From the sequence record SRR33789315_61: a DNA stretch of 64,000 nt. One strand, 5' to 3'. Every line of letters begins with the position of its first letter. Position 1 is the first letter of the stretch. A program made the position numbers and the translations under genes. The notes under the pieces were generated by a model, which ran no database searches, was not told the DNA's origin, and worked only from the letters and a program-made list of their open reading frames with translations. This document shows, one piece after another, positions 39,160 to 48,695 of this stretch.

Positions 39160-39327
39160 CTCTTCGGCTGCGATCAGGGTAACATCGCTGTCATTTCGAA
39201 CCTCGTGAGAAATCTCATTTCATTTTACTATGCGACTTCTGCTCATCCCTATAGGGTCTCGACTGCGCTCGACCTGAAACCCTTCGATAGTTCGGCAGGC
39301 ATACTACCGCGCTGGCTCAGGGTAACA
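39160..39327. repeat. REP cluster including direct repeat copy R (39182-39286)
   Basis: Copy R is flanked by related units CTCTTCGGCTGCGATCAGGGTAAC and CCCTTCG...GCTCAGGGTAAC. Confidence 0.85.
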
Positions 39328-39338
39328 GTGGGACTAAT

Positions 39339-42191
39339 TTAAGCTTCTTCCATATAAGCTTCAATAGGAGCACAAGAACAGATCAAATTACGATCGCCAT
39401 ACGCATCATCAACACGTCTTACCGCAGGCCAAAATTTATTATCTGAAATATATTCTAACGGAAAAGCCGCTTCTTTCCTGCTATACGGCAACTCCCACGT
39501 ATCTGCAGTAAGCATCACCAAGGTATGTGGTGCATTCTTTAGTACGTTGTTCTCGTCCTCTTTTACAGCTGTATCAATCTCTTTACGAATACTGATCATC
39601 GCCTCGCAAAAACGATCCAGTTCTGCCTTGCTTTCACTTTCGGTAGGTTCGATCATCATCGTTCCTGCCACCGGAAAAGAAACCGTAGGCGCGTGAAAAC
39701 CATAATCCATTAAGCGTTTGGCAATATCAACCACCTCAATGCCATTATCCTTAAAAGGACGACAATCGATGATCATCTCGTGTGCCGCGCGACCACGTTC
39801 GCCGGTGTACAATACTTCATATGCACCCGTAAGTCGCTCTTTGATGTAATTGGCATTAAGAATCGCGGTTTCGGTAGCCTGTTTAAGTCCGTTTTCGCCC
39901 AACATTTTGATATAGGCATAGGAAATCAAACACACCAAAGCCGAACCCCAAGGCGCCGCCGAAATTGCATCGATCGCTTGCTGTCCTCCAGTTTTTATTA
40001 CCGGATTAGTCGGTAGAAAAGGTACTAATTGCTTGGCCACACAAATAGGCCCAACGCCAGGACCGCCACCACCGTGTGGAATCGCAAAGGTTTTATGTAA
40101 ATTTAAATGGCAAACATCTGCCCCAATATGTCCGGGATTTGTCAATCCTACTTGCGCATTCATATTGGCGCCATCCATATACACTTGGCCGCCGTATTCG
40201 TGAATAATCGACGTGATTTCCTGAATAGCCGACTCATATACGCCATGCGTTGACGGATACGTCACCATCAATGCCGCGAGATTATCTTTGTATTTAATCG
40301 CTTTTTCGCGTAAATCTTCTACATCAATATTGCCCGATTCGGTAGATTTTGTAACCACCACTTCCATCCCGGCCATTACCGCACTCGCTGGATTGGTACC
40401 GTGTGCCGATGACGGAATCAAGCAAATATTACGATGCCCTTCTCCTCTACTTTGATGGTAAGCACGAATAACCATTAGGCCCGCATATTCGCCTTGCGCA
40501 CCCGAATTGGGTTGTAAGGAAGTCCCTGCAAAGCCGGTGATTTCGGTAAGTAAATCTTCTAATTCTTTTAGCACTATTTGATAGCCTTCGGCTTGATCTA
40601 TGGGTGCAAAAGGATGAATATTTCCCCAACGGGCATCGCTTAACGGCAACATTTCTGCAGCAGCATTGAGCTTCATCGTACACGAACCCAACGAAATCAT
40701 ACTGTGATTTAAGGACAAATCTTTACGCTCTAATTTTTTGATATAACGCATCAATTCGGTTTCAGAATGATACAGATTGAAGACTTCCTGTTCCATAAAG
40801 GAGGTCATACGCGCATCTCCTTCGGCAATAGGAGTTTGTTCAATTGTAGTTTCCAGAGTAGGAACTTCAACACCTTTCACGTCGGCAAAAACCGAAAGAA
40901 TGGCATGAAGATCGGGTACTGTCGTGGCTTCGTTTAATGCAATACACACGGTTTCGGCATCGGGATAATGAAAATTGATTTGTTTCGCTTTCGCGGAAGC
41001 GGAAACTTTTTCTGCAGCAGCCCTAATGGAAATAGTATCAAAATAAACCGAATTGGTCTGCTCGAATCCTAATTTTTCTAAAGCGGAAGCCAAAGCAACT
41101 GCATAGTGATGCACTTTTGAAGCAATGTATTGCAAGCCTTTAGGGCCGTGATACACGCCGTACATTCCGGCCATTACCGCCAGTAAAACCTGAGCCGTAC
41201 ATATGTTTGAAGTCGCTTTGTCGCGTTTAATATGTTGCTCTCTGGTCTGCAAAGCCATACGCAAGGCGCGGTTGCCTTCCATATCTTTTGTCACCCCAAT
41301 GATACGTCCGGGGATGTTGCGTTTGTAGTCGTCCCGCGTTGCAAAATAAGCCGCGTGCGGACCGCCATAACCCAACGGAATTCCGAAACGTTGTGTAGTT
41401 CCTACTACTACATCAGCACCTTGGTCGCCCGGAGCTTGCAACAGCACCAAACTGAGTAAATCTGCAGCAACGGCTACTTTAATATTGGCTTCGTGTGCTT
41501 TTTGAATAAATGTTGAGTAATTATATACTTGCCCTGTTTTGCCGGGATATTGCACAATAGCACCGAAAAATTCAGGAGAAAAATCAAAATCAGTATGCTT
41601 GCCCACCACCAACTCAATCCCCACAGGAACCGATCGGGTTTTTAAAAGCGAAAGGGTTTGTGGCAAGATTTCTTCTGAAACAAAAAATTTAGAAACCTCA
41701 TTTTTCTTTTGTGTACGATCCCGCAAGGCAAACAGTAGAGACATCGCTTCGGCAGCAGCTGTGGATTCATCCAGTAAAGAAGCATTGGCGATTTCCATTC
41801 CGGTAAGGTCGATTACCATGGTCTGAAAATTGAGTAAAGCTTCTAACCTTCCTTGAGCAATTTCTGCCTGATATGGCGTATAGGCCGTGTACCAACCCGG
41901 ATTCTCAAAAATATTGCGCTGTATCACCGCGGGTAACCTACATTCATGATATCCTAACCCTATGTAGGATTTGAATACTTTATTTTTCGCCGCAAGGCTA
42001 TTGATATGACGGGCATATTCATACTCGCTCATCGCAGGGGGCAAATCAAGCGGTTCTTCTAACCGAATCCCATCTGGTATGGTCTCGAAGATCAATTGTT
42101 GCATGGTTTCTGCACCAATCGCCTTTAGCATTTCTGATTGCTCATCAGCATCTGGGCCAATATGGCGTAAAGCAAAAACATCTGTTCGCAT
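39339..42191 (-). CDS. gcvP: Glycine dehydrogenase (glycine cleavage P protein, single chain)
   Basis: YTPYQAEIAQGRLE, SLLDESTAAAEA, KATSNICTAQ, HLNLHKTF (PLP Lys), MIEPTESE, YGDRNLICSC. Confidence 0.97.
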   Translation of the reverse strand: MRTDVFALRHIGPDADEQSEMLKAIGAETMQQLIFETIPDGIRLEEPLDLPPAMSEYEYARHINSLAAKNKVFKSYIGLGYHECRLPAVIQRNIFENPGWYTAYTPYQAEIAQGRLEALLNFQTMVIDLTGMEIANASLLDESTAAAEAMSLLFALRDRTQKKNEVSKFFVSEEILPQTLSLLKTRSVPVGIELVVGKHTDFDFSPEFFGAIVQYPGKTGQVYNYSTFIQKAHEANIKVAVAADLLSLVLLQAPGDQGADVVVGTTQRFGIPLGYGGPHAAYFATRDDYKRNIPGRIIGVTKDMEGNRALRMALQTREQHIKRDKATSNICTAQVLLAVMAGMYGVYHGPKGLQYIASKVHHYAVALASALEKLGFEQTNSVYFDTISIRAAAEKVSASAKAKQINFHYPDAETVCIALNEATTVPDLHAILSVFADVKGVEVPTLETTIEQTPIAEGDARMTSFMEQEVFNLYHSETELMRYIKKLERKDLSLNHSMISLGSCTMKLNAAAEMLPLSDARWGNIHPFAPIDQAEGYQIVLKELEDLLTEITGFAGTSLQPNSGAQGEYAGLMVIRAYHQSRGEGHRNICLIPSSAHGTNPASAVMAGMEVVVTKSTESGNIDVEDLREKAIKYKDNLAALMVTYPSTHGVYESAIQEITSIIHEYGGQVYMDGANMNAQVGLTNPGHIGADVCHLNLHKTFAIPHGGGGPGVGPICVAKQLVPFLPTNPVIKTGGQQAIDAISAAPWGSALVCLISYAYIKMLGENGLKQATETAILNANYIKERLTGAYEVLYTGERGRAAHEMIIDCRPFKDNGIEVVDIAKRLMDYGFHAPTVSFPVAGTMMIEPTESESKAELDRFCEAMISIRKEIDTAVKEDENNVLKNAPHTLVMLTADTWELPYSRKEAAFPLEYISDNKFWPAVRRVDDAYGDRNLICSCAPIEAYMEEA

Positions 42192-42314
42192 AGCAGTGGG
42201 ATTATAGTCTTTAAAACCGTAAAATTAATTCAACCTATCCTGATTACGTTTTGTCAATCCTTAAGTTTTTTCACAAAATAGAGAGTTATCAACAGTTTGA
42301 GATACCTTTACACG

Positions 42315-43133
42315 GTGCGCATTTTAAAACGGGTTTTCGACTTTTACATCAACAGCAGTATTCATGTAGCGCTTGCTGTGTGTGCATTATGCTATTTAAG
42401 CCTTGCCCATTGGGGTGTTGTTTTTGAGTTTAACCTCTTTGGTTTTATTTTTACCGCCAGCATAACAGCCTATAACTTTGTGAAATATGCAGCAGTTGCC
42501 CGTTTGCATCACCGTACGCTAGCGCGCTCTATGCGGTGGATTCAGAGCTTTTCTTTTCTTTGTTTTGCAGCACTACTTTATTTTGTTTTTCAATTGCCCT
42601 TTCGTGTTATACTGGCTTGCTTACCTATTGGGGTATTGACATTGTTGTATGCCATCCCTATTCTTCCAGATAATAAAAATCTAAGAAGAGTGCCCACACT
42701 AAAAGTTTTTATCATCGCTTTGGTTTGGGCTGGATTAACCGTTTATATCCCTTCTGTTTACTATAAAATTGAACTTGATTGGCATTTAATCTATTTACTG
42801 CTAGAACGGGTTATTCTAGTGTTATGCCTTATGATTCCGTTTGAGATACGGGATTTGAAGTTTGATGTTTCGGCATTGCGCACCGTTCCACAACTTTATG
42901 GCATCAAGAAAACAAAAATGATGGGAGGCGTATTATTGCTGTTTTATGTAATACTTCTCGTGCTGGAAAAAGTGCCGTGCTTGAATGTATTAAGTGCAGA
43001 AGGTGTTCTTATTCTGGCAACAGCGCTAAGTATCCTTTTTGCCAAAAAAGAGCAATCGCTGTATTATGCGGCTTTTTGGGTAGAGGGAATCCCACTTCTA
43101 GCAGCGGGAATTTTACTTCTTACTTCTTGTTAA
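42315..43133 (+). CDS. Polytopic membrane protein (UbiA prenyltransferase-like)
   Basis: About 8 TM segments; FEIRDLKFD...TVPQ.YG motif. GTG start at 42315 is likely. Confidence 0.6.
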   Translation: MRILKRVFDFYINSSIHVALAVCALCYLSLAHWGVVFEFNLFGFIFTASITAYNFVKYAAVARLHHRTLARSMRWIQSFSFLCFAALLYFVFQLPFRVILACLPIGVLTLLYAIPILPDNKNLRRVPTLKVFIIALVWAGLTVYIPSVYYKIELDWHLIYLLLERVILVLCLMIPFEIRDLKFDVSALRTVPQLYGIKKTKMMGGVLLLFYVILLVLEKVPCLNVLSAEGVLILATALSILFAKKEQSLYYAAFWVEGIPLLAAGILLLTSC

Positions 43134-43368
43134 GCTCTTGTTCGATTTCACGAGACAAGCGCTCTTTGGTTTCTTTGGCACAACATTTAAGTTCTGCTTC
43201 TTTTACCAATCCCGTAAGTTTAGAATTTTTTACGGTATGTTGCTTACAAGACTTACATGTTAAAACATGCACCTTCAATAAGAATCTCTCTAACATACCA
43301 GCCTCTTGATACTGACACTTATCGCAAATACTTCCTGCCTTTTGACAGTCGACAATTTTATTTTTCAT
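43120..43368 (-). CDS. Zinc-binding anti-sigma factor (ZAS type)
   Basis: HVLTCKSC = HxxxCxxC, overlapping the ECF sigma stop. Confidence 0.75.
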   Translation of the reverse strand: MKNKIVDCQKAGSICDKCQYQEAGMLERFLLKVHVLTCKSCKQHTVKNSKLTGLVKEAELKCCAKETKERLSREIEQELNKK

Positions 43369-43918
43369 TAAACCAGTTTTTTTCCAGACAGCTCATAAGC
43401 GTGGTACGAGCCCGATGAATTATGACCCATAAGTTAGACGGAGTAATATCAAATTCTTTACAGATCGTTTCTGTATCCTGACCATCAATGGTCTTTCTCT
43501 TGAATATTTCTGCTTGTTTTTTAGGCAAAAGCTCCAAGCAATCGTAAATAGCGATTCCCAGTTCTTTATTTTCCAAGTTATCTTCTGCTGTTTTATCAAA
43601 AGGGTCGGCTACTCTTTCTTCCAACCAGTCTCCTTCGTCGTCTTCGCTTCTGTAATTTATCTGAACTTCGGCTTGCCCTTTAAAAGAATTTTTCCTGCGG
43701 TAGTGATCAATTATTTTTCTTTTTAGAATGGAAATAAGCCATGTTCTTTCAGTTGCCTGTCCCTTAAAATTTTTCATAGATTTTAAGCCCGCCAGAAAAG
43801 TTTCAGAAATAAGGTCTTCTGCTAGTTCTCTGTCGCTTATTTTGGACATTGTGTAATTAAAAAGATAATCTGAATATCTTTCCACCCACTTTGTGGGATC
43901 AATTTGTTCTTCTGCCAT
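43358..43918 (-). CDS. ECF sigma-70 factor
   Basis: AEDLISETF and RTWLISILKRKIIDHYRR (region 2); ITPSNLWVIIHRAR (region 4). Start at ATG 43918 or 43927. Confidence 0.92.
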   Translation of the reverse strand: MAEEQIDPTKWVERYSDYLFNYTMSKISDRELAEDLISETFLAGLKSMKNFKGQATERTWLISILKRKIIDHYRRKNSFKGQAEVQINYRSEDDEGDWLEERVADPFDKTAEDNLENKELGIAIYDCLELLPKKQAEIFKRKTIDGQDTETICKEFDITPSNLWVIIHRARTTLMSCLEKNWFNEK

Positions 43919-44057
43919 TAGGGTCATTTGCGGAACCGTTTGTAAAAATAGTAAAGTCATTACAAAAATTAACAATAGATTTGTGATGGTTGAAGATGAA
44001 TCCTAAATAAATAGGTCAAGCACTGATTTTCAGCATCCTTAATTTTAATATTTACTT

Positions 44058-44582
44058 GTGTATAAGTACTATCCAGAGAAAAGATATCGCCTAACCTTAG
44101 CTTTTTTGAAAAAAAATATCCCTGAAAAAAGCAACATCCTTGATCTGGGTGTTACCAATCCTTTTTCGGAAATCATGAAAGCCGAAGGTTATCAGGTTGA
44201 AAACACGGCTGGAGAAGATTTAGACACACATAATACTGTTGTTAAAACCACTAACGCTGAAGTAGTTACTGCTTTTGAAATTTTTGAACATTTGCTTTCA
44301 CCCTATACCGTTTTAAAAGACATTAAAGCCGAAAAACTGGTCGCCAGTATCCCACTGCGCTTGTGGTTTGCTCCTGCTTATCGCAGTAAAACAGATGTCT
44401 GGGATAGGCATTATCACGAATTTGAAGATTGGCAATTTGACTGGCTTTTAGAAAAATCAGGATGGAAAATTGTAGATAGCATACAATTTACCAATCCCGT
44501 AAAAAAATTAGGGATACGACCCATACTTAGAAAATTTACACCAAGATATTACTTGGTATATGCCGAAAGAATCAAGGAATAG
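44058..44582 (+). CDS. Class I SAM-dependent methyltransferase-like protein
   Basis: ILDLG motif I, AFEIFEHL.SP, HYHEF. Confidence 0.75.
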   Translation: MYKYYPEKRYRLTLAFLKKNIPEKSNILDLGVTNPFSEIMKAEGYQVENTAGEDLDTHNTVVKTTNAEVVTAFEIFEHLLSPYTVLKDIKAEKLVASIPLRLWFAPAYRSKTDVWDRHYHEFEDWQFDWLLEKSGWKIVDSIQFTNPVKKLGIRPILRKFTPRYYLVYAERIKE

Positions 44583-44583
44583 G

Positions 44584-45435
44584 ATGAACAGTTGCGTTAT
44601 CATCCCTATATTTAATGAGGCTTCACATCTGGAGAACGTACTCAATAGCTTTGTACAGCAAACCCAACTCCCAGATAAGCTCATTCTCGTAGACGATAAC
44701 TCTACAGATAGTAGTTATGCGATTTGCCAAGCTTTTGCCGAAAAATACAATTGGATAGATGCGGTGAAAAATTCATCTGCTGCGCATCACGAACCTGGTA
44801 AAAAGGTAATCAACGCTTTTTATTTTGGCTTAAATACGATCCACCTGAATGATTATGATTTAATCGGAAAGTTTGATGGGGATATACTATTGCCTCCCCA
44901 TTACTTTTCAACTTTAGTTGCTTTATTTGAAAGTGATGAAAAGATAGGAATTGCCGGCGGAAACCTTTACATCGAGAAAAAAGGCGACTGGATCTTTGAA
45001 GCGATTTCTGGTAAGGATAAAGTTCGCGGACCTATAAAACTGTATCGCACTTCGTGCTTTAAGCAAATAGGCGGACTTAAAAAATCGATAGGCTGGGATA
45101 CTGTTGATGGGTTATTAGCGCAGTATTATGATTGGAAAATAGCTACAGACAAGACTCTAATTGTTAAACACCTTAAACCAACGGGGCAAAATTATGACAA
45201 ATCTGCTCTTAGAAAACAAGGCGAAACTTTTTATAAACTAAGGTACGGCATTGTCATTACAAGCATTGCTTCAGCAAAATTGGCGATAAAAACAGGCAAG
45301 CCCCAACTGGTTTTTAATTACCTCAACGGATTTATAAAGGCCAAAGCAAAAAAACTTCCGTATTTGGTAGATGAAAAACAAGGCAGATTTATCCGAAAAT
45401 TAAGATGGAAAAAAATGCGCTCCCGTTTATTCTAA
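44584..45435 (+). CDS. Family 2 glycosyltransferase
   Basis: IIPIFNE, VDDNSTD, FDGD (DxD). Start moved to the ATG at 44584. Confidence 0.88.
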   Translation: MNSCVIIPIFNEASHLENVLNSFVQQTQLPDKLILVDDNSTDSSYAICQAFAEKYNWIDAVKNSSAAHHEPGKKVINAFYFGLNTIHLNDYDLIGKFDGDILLPPHYFSTLVALFESDEKIGIAGGNLYIEKKGDWIFEAISGKDKVRGPIKLYRTSCFKQIGGLKKSIGWDTVDGLLAQYYDWKIATDKTLIVKHLKPTGQNYDKSALRKQGETFYKLRYGIVITSIASAKLAIKTGKPQLVFNYLNGFIKAKAKKLPYLVDEKQGRFIRKLRWKKMRSRLF

Positions 45436-47070
45436 GACTTTCGTAATTACGGTTCCTGTTGCACCACTCGGAAATTCAATGCCCAGTAAAGCTGCAATAG
45501 TCACCGCGATATCGTCCACATGCGTTAAATCAAACGTGCTTCCTTTTTTGATTCCTTTACCATAAAACAATAGCGGCACGTGGGTATCATAACTAAAACC
45601 ACTACCATGGGTAGATCCTTTTTCAGAATATGTAATCACATCAGGGTCTAATACCAGAATAACATCTCCACTACGTTTAACATTAAATCCTTTTTGAATG
45701 ATAGAAGCCATGCCTTCTGAAAAAGTAGTGTTCTGTAATTGCGTTCTCGTAAACACTTGATCTACTTGTGGAAACTGAAGAATTAAGTGTGCCAAGGCAC
45801 TTTCTAATTTCTCGGGTTTTATACCTTCTTTTTCTAGTTTATCATAATCAAAGAAAATCTGGTAATTAGAGCTATTGGCGATCAACCCTTCTACTTTAAA
45901 TTCTTTTTTAAGAAAATCACCTACTTTTTCTTTTAATCCATTGGCATCAAAATAGCCTCCGGGTGCCTTCATGCTCTTTAAATAAGCTGGCACATCTACT
46001 GCGCCATGATCGGCAGTTAGAAAAACCACATAATTTCCTTCTCCTACTTTAGCATCAAGTGCGTCGAGTAATCTTGCTAAAGCAAGATCGAGCCGAATAT
46101 AGGTATCTTCTATTTCTTTACTATTTACTCCAAAATTATGACCTACATAATCTGTGCTACTAAAACTCACCGTAAGAAAATCTGTAATAGCATCGGCACC
46201 CAAATTTTCTCCATCTAAAGCAGCAATGGCAAAATCTGCAGTTAGATCGTTTCCATAAGGTGTACTTTTCAAAATATCGTAGCCGTTATTTTCTTTACGT
46301 AATTTTTTAAGGTTATAGGGAAAGGTTGCTTTATCCTTTCCTTTAAATCCTCCTTCAAAATCATTTTCATCTACACCACTTTCCGTATAGGTTTCGATAC
46401 CATAATAGGTGTCCCAAGGTTTTAGATAGGAATCTGCCTGCCCGGAAGCATTAAAAGCAGCAACCCAATCGGGCAGTTTATCCATATAATAAGAGCTGGA
46501 AATCCATTTCCCTTCATCATAACCATGAAACCAATAAGCAGCATTTGCCGTATGACCTGCGGGTAATATAGCTCCACGATCTTTAAGTGAAATCCCTATG
46601 GTCTTTCCTTTAAATTGGGTAAAAAACCGGTTTTGATCTCCTATGGTAGTCGTTTTCATCCTATGTGGAGACATTTTACCAGCAGCGTCTTCTGTTCCTA
46701 CAGAGGTTACATCATCATCTTCTGCACAGTAAACTGTTTTCTTTTCAAATTTGTCGTACCAATTATTGGCTATGATTCCGTGAGTTGCAGGTGTCGTTCC
46801 GGTATAAATGGAAGCGTGTCCAGGTCCTGTATAGGTTGGAACGTAATTATAATTATTGTTTTTACAGTTGAAACCTTGATTTATTAACCGCATAAAACCA
46901 CGATCACTATATTGAGACTGAAAACGTGTAAGATAATCGTATCGCATTTGGTCTATAACTATCCCTACAACGAGTTTAGGGGAGGCGCTATTTGTAGCGG
47001 TATTTTGCGCATTTAAGCTAACAGAGAGGAATAAAGCTAAGACTATTCCGTAAATTTTAATGCTTCGCAT
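45427..47070 (-). CDS. pafA: Alkaline phosphatase PafA family
   Basis: PKLVVGIVIDQMRYDYL, PTYTGPGHAS (Thr nucleophile), SLKDRGAILPAGH, TADHG, THGS..YDTHVPL. Confidence 0.9.
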   Translation of the reverse strand: MRSIKIYGIVLALFLSVSLNAQNTATNSASPKLVVGIVIDQMRYDYLTRFQSQYSDRGFMRLINQGFNCKNNNYNYVPTYTGPGHASIYTGTTPATHGIIANNWYDKFEKKTVYCAEDDDVTSVGTEDAAGKMSPHRMKTTTIGDQNRFFTQFKGKTIGISLKDRGAILPAGHTANAAYWFHGYDEGKWISSSYYMDKLPDWVAAFNASGQADSYLKPWDTYYGIETYTESGVDENDFEGGFKGKDKATFPYNLKKLRKENNGYDILKSTPYGNDLTADFAIAALDGENLGADAITDFLTVSFSSTDYVGHNFGVNSKEIEDTYIRLDLALARLLDALDAKVGEGNYVVFLTADHGAVDVPAYLKSMKAPGGYFDANGLKEKVGDFLKKEFKVEGLIANSSNYQIFFDYDKLEKEGIKPEKLESALAHLILQFPQVDQVFTRTQLQNTTFSEGMASIIQKGFNVKRSGDVILVLDPDVITYSEKGSTHGSGFSYDTHVPLLFYGKGIKKGSTFDLTHVDDIAVTIAALLGIEFPSGATGTVITKVLE

Positions 47071-47184
47071 GATAGTAAAGAGATTAATACTCTAAAAGTA
47101 CACCTTCTACATTTATTAAGTTTAAGTCAAAGTTAAATTCACTCACGGCTATTTTTCCTATTTTTAGCTTTCGAAAAATAAGCT

Positions 47185-47922
47185 ATGAACTACATAAGCA
47201 ATTTAGGGCGTTATTTTATGATGTGGAAAGGGGTATTCACAAAACCCACCAAAGCATCTGTGCTTCGACAGCTTATATTCAAGGAAATTGATGATTTAAT
47301 AATGGGGTCTTTAGGAATCATTATCTTTATTTCCTTTTTTGTAGGTGGTGTGGTTGCGATACAGACCGCTTTGAATATGGACAACCCGTTAATCCCTGAT
47401 TCTCTAGTGGGTTTTGCTTCCAGGCAATCTATAATCCTAGAATTCTCTCCTACTTTTATGTCTATTATAATGGCAGGAAAAGTAGGCTCATTTATTACTT
47501 CAAGCATAGGAACAATGAAAGTAACTGAACAAATTGATGCCCTAGAAGTAATGGGTATCAATTCTCTCAATTATTTAGTTTTTCCAAAAATAATTGCAAT
47601 GCTACTCTATCCTTTTATCATCGCAATTTCTATGTTTTTGGGCATTTTAGGCGCTTATGTGGCTTCGGTTTATGGCGGTTTCACTTCATCACAATCGTTT
47701 ATTAGTGGAATTCAAGATGATTTTAATTCTTTTCACCTTGTTTATGCGTTTATAAAATCATTTGTCTTCGCGTTAATTCTGGCAACCGTTCCTGCATTTT
47801 ACGGGTACTATATGGAAGGTGGCGCATTAGATGTAGGAAAAGCGAGCACAACCTCTTTTGTATGGACTAGTGTGATCATTATTTTGGCAAATTATATACT
47901 AACTCAACTCCTTTTAAGCTGA
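47185..47922 (+). CDS. mlaE: MlaE-family ABC permease
   Basis: AGKVGS..SSIGTMKVTEQIDALEVMG and GGALDVGKAST. Confidence 0.9.
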   Translation: MNYISNLGRYFMMWKGVFTKPTKASVLRQLIFKEIDDLIMGSLGIIIFISFFVGGVVAIQTALNMDNPLIPDSLVGFASRQSIILEFSPTFMSIIMAGKVGSFITSSIGTMKVTEQIDALEVMGINSLNYLVFPKIIAMLLYPFIIAISMFLGILGAYVASVYGGFTSSQSFISGIQDDFNSFHLVYAFIKSFVFALILATVPAFYGYYMEGGALDVGKASTTSFVWTSVIIILANYILTQLLLS

Positions 47923-48695
47923 TGATAGAAGTAGAAAATTTAAAAAAAGGATTTGGTGGGGAAATGATTTTGAAAGGAATCACTACTACTTTTGAAACAG
48001 GAAAAACCAACCTTATCATAGGTCAAAGTGGCTCCGGAAAAACGGTATTTATTAAATGCCTATTGGGTCTTTTTAGACCTACAGAAGGTATTATCAAATA
48101 TGATGGTGATAATTATTCTGAATTAGAATCAGAAGAACAACGCAGTTTGCGGGAGCAAATGGGCATGGTATTTCAAGGAAGCGCACTTTTTGATTCTATG
48201 ACCGTTGAAGAAAATGTGATGTTTCCCCTTAAAATGTTTACTAAATTAAAGAAAAGTGAGCGTCTAGAACGGGCTAATTTGGCTATTGAACGGGTTAACC
48301 TAGTCAATGCTAATAAAAAATTACCCAAAGAAATAAGTGGTGGGATGCAAAAACGGGTGGCTATTGCGCGTGCAGTAGTAAATAGGCCAAAATATTTATT
48401 TTGTGATGAACCCAATTCTGGTTTAGACCCAAGAACGGCCACCTTAATAGATAACCTCATTCAAGAAATCACCAAGGAATATGACATAACAACCGTGATA
48501 AACACGCATGATATGAATTCTGTAATGGAAATAGGTGAGAAAATTATTTTTCTACAACAAGGAAAATTAGCCTGGGAAGGCACTAAAGATGAAATATTTA
48601 AAACAGACAATGCAGATGTAACAGATTTTGTTTACTCCTCAAATCTCTTTAAAGTAATTAGAGAATCTTTAAACGAAAACGACACTAATACTTAA
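47922..48695 (+). CDS. mlaF: MlaF-like ABC ATPase
   Basis: GQSGSGKT, FQGSALFDS, ISGGMQKRVA, DEPNSGLDP; adjacent to mlaE. Confidence 0.88.
   Translation: MIEVENLKKGFGGEMILKGITTTFETGKTNLIIGQSGSGKTVFIKCLLGLFRPTEGIIKYDGDNYSELESEEQRSLREQMGMVFQGSALFDSMTVEENVMFPLKMFTKLKKSERLERANLAIERVNLVNANKKLPKEISGGMQKRVAIARAVVNRPKYLFCDEPNSGLDPRTATLIDNLIQEITKEYDITTVINTHDMNSVMEIGEKIIFLQQGKLAWEGTKDEIFKTDNADVTDFVYSSNLFKVIRESLNENDTNT

Noticed and set aside
35821-39327. CRISPR array or IS/composite transposon
   Set aside because: Only two long repeats, no regular repeat-spacer periodicity, and no cas, transposase or integrase gene in the window.
42192-42314. Glycine riboswitch upstream of gcvP
   Set aside because: The intergenic region is short, shared with a divergent gene, and lacks recognisable aptamer motifs.
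47185-48695. mlaE/mlaF without mlaD as a novel system
   Set aside because: Split mla loci are common in Bacteroidota; the MCE gene is probably elsewhere.
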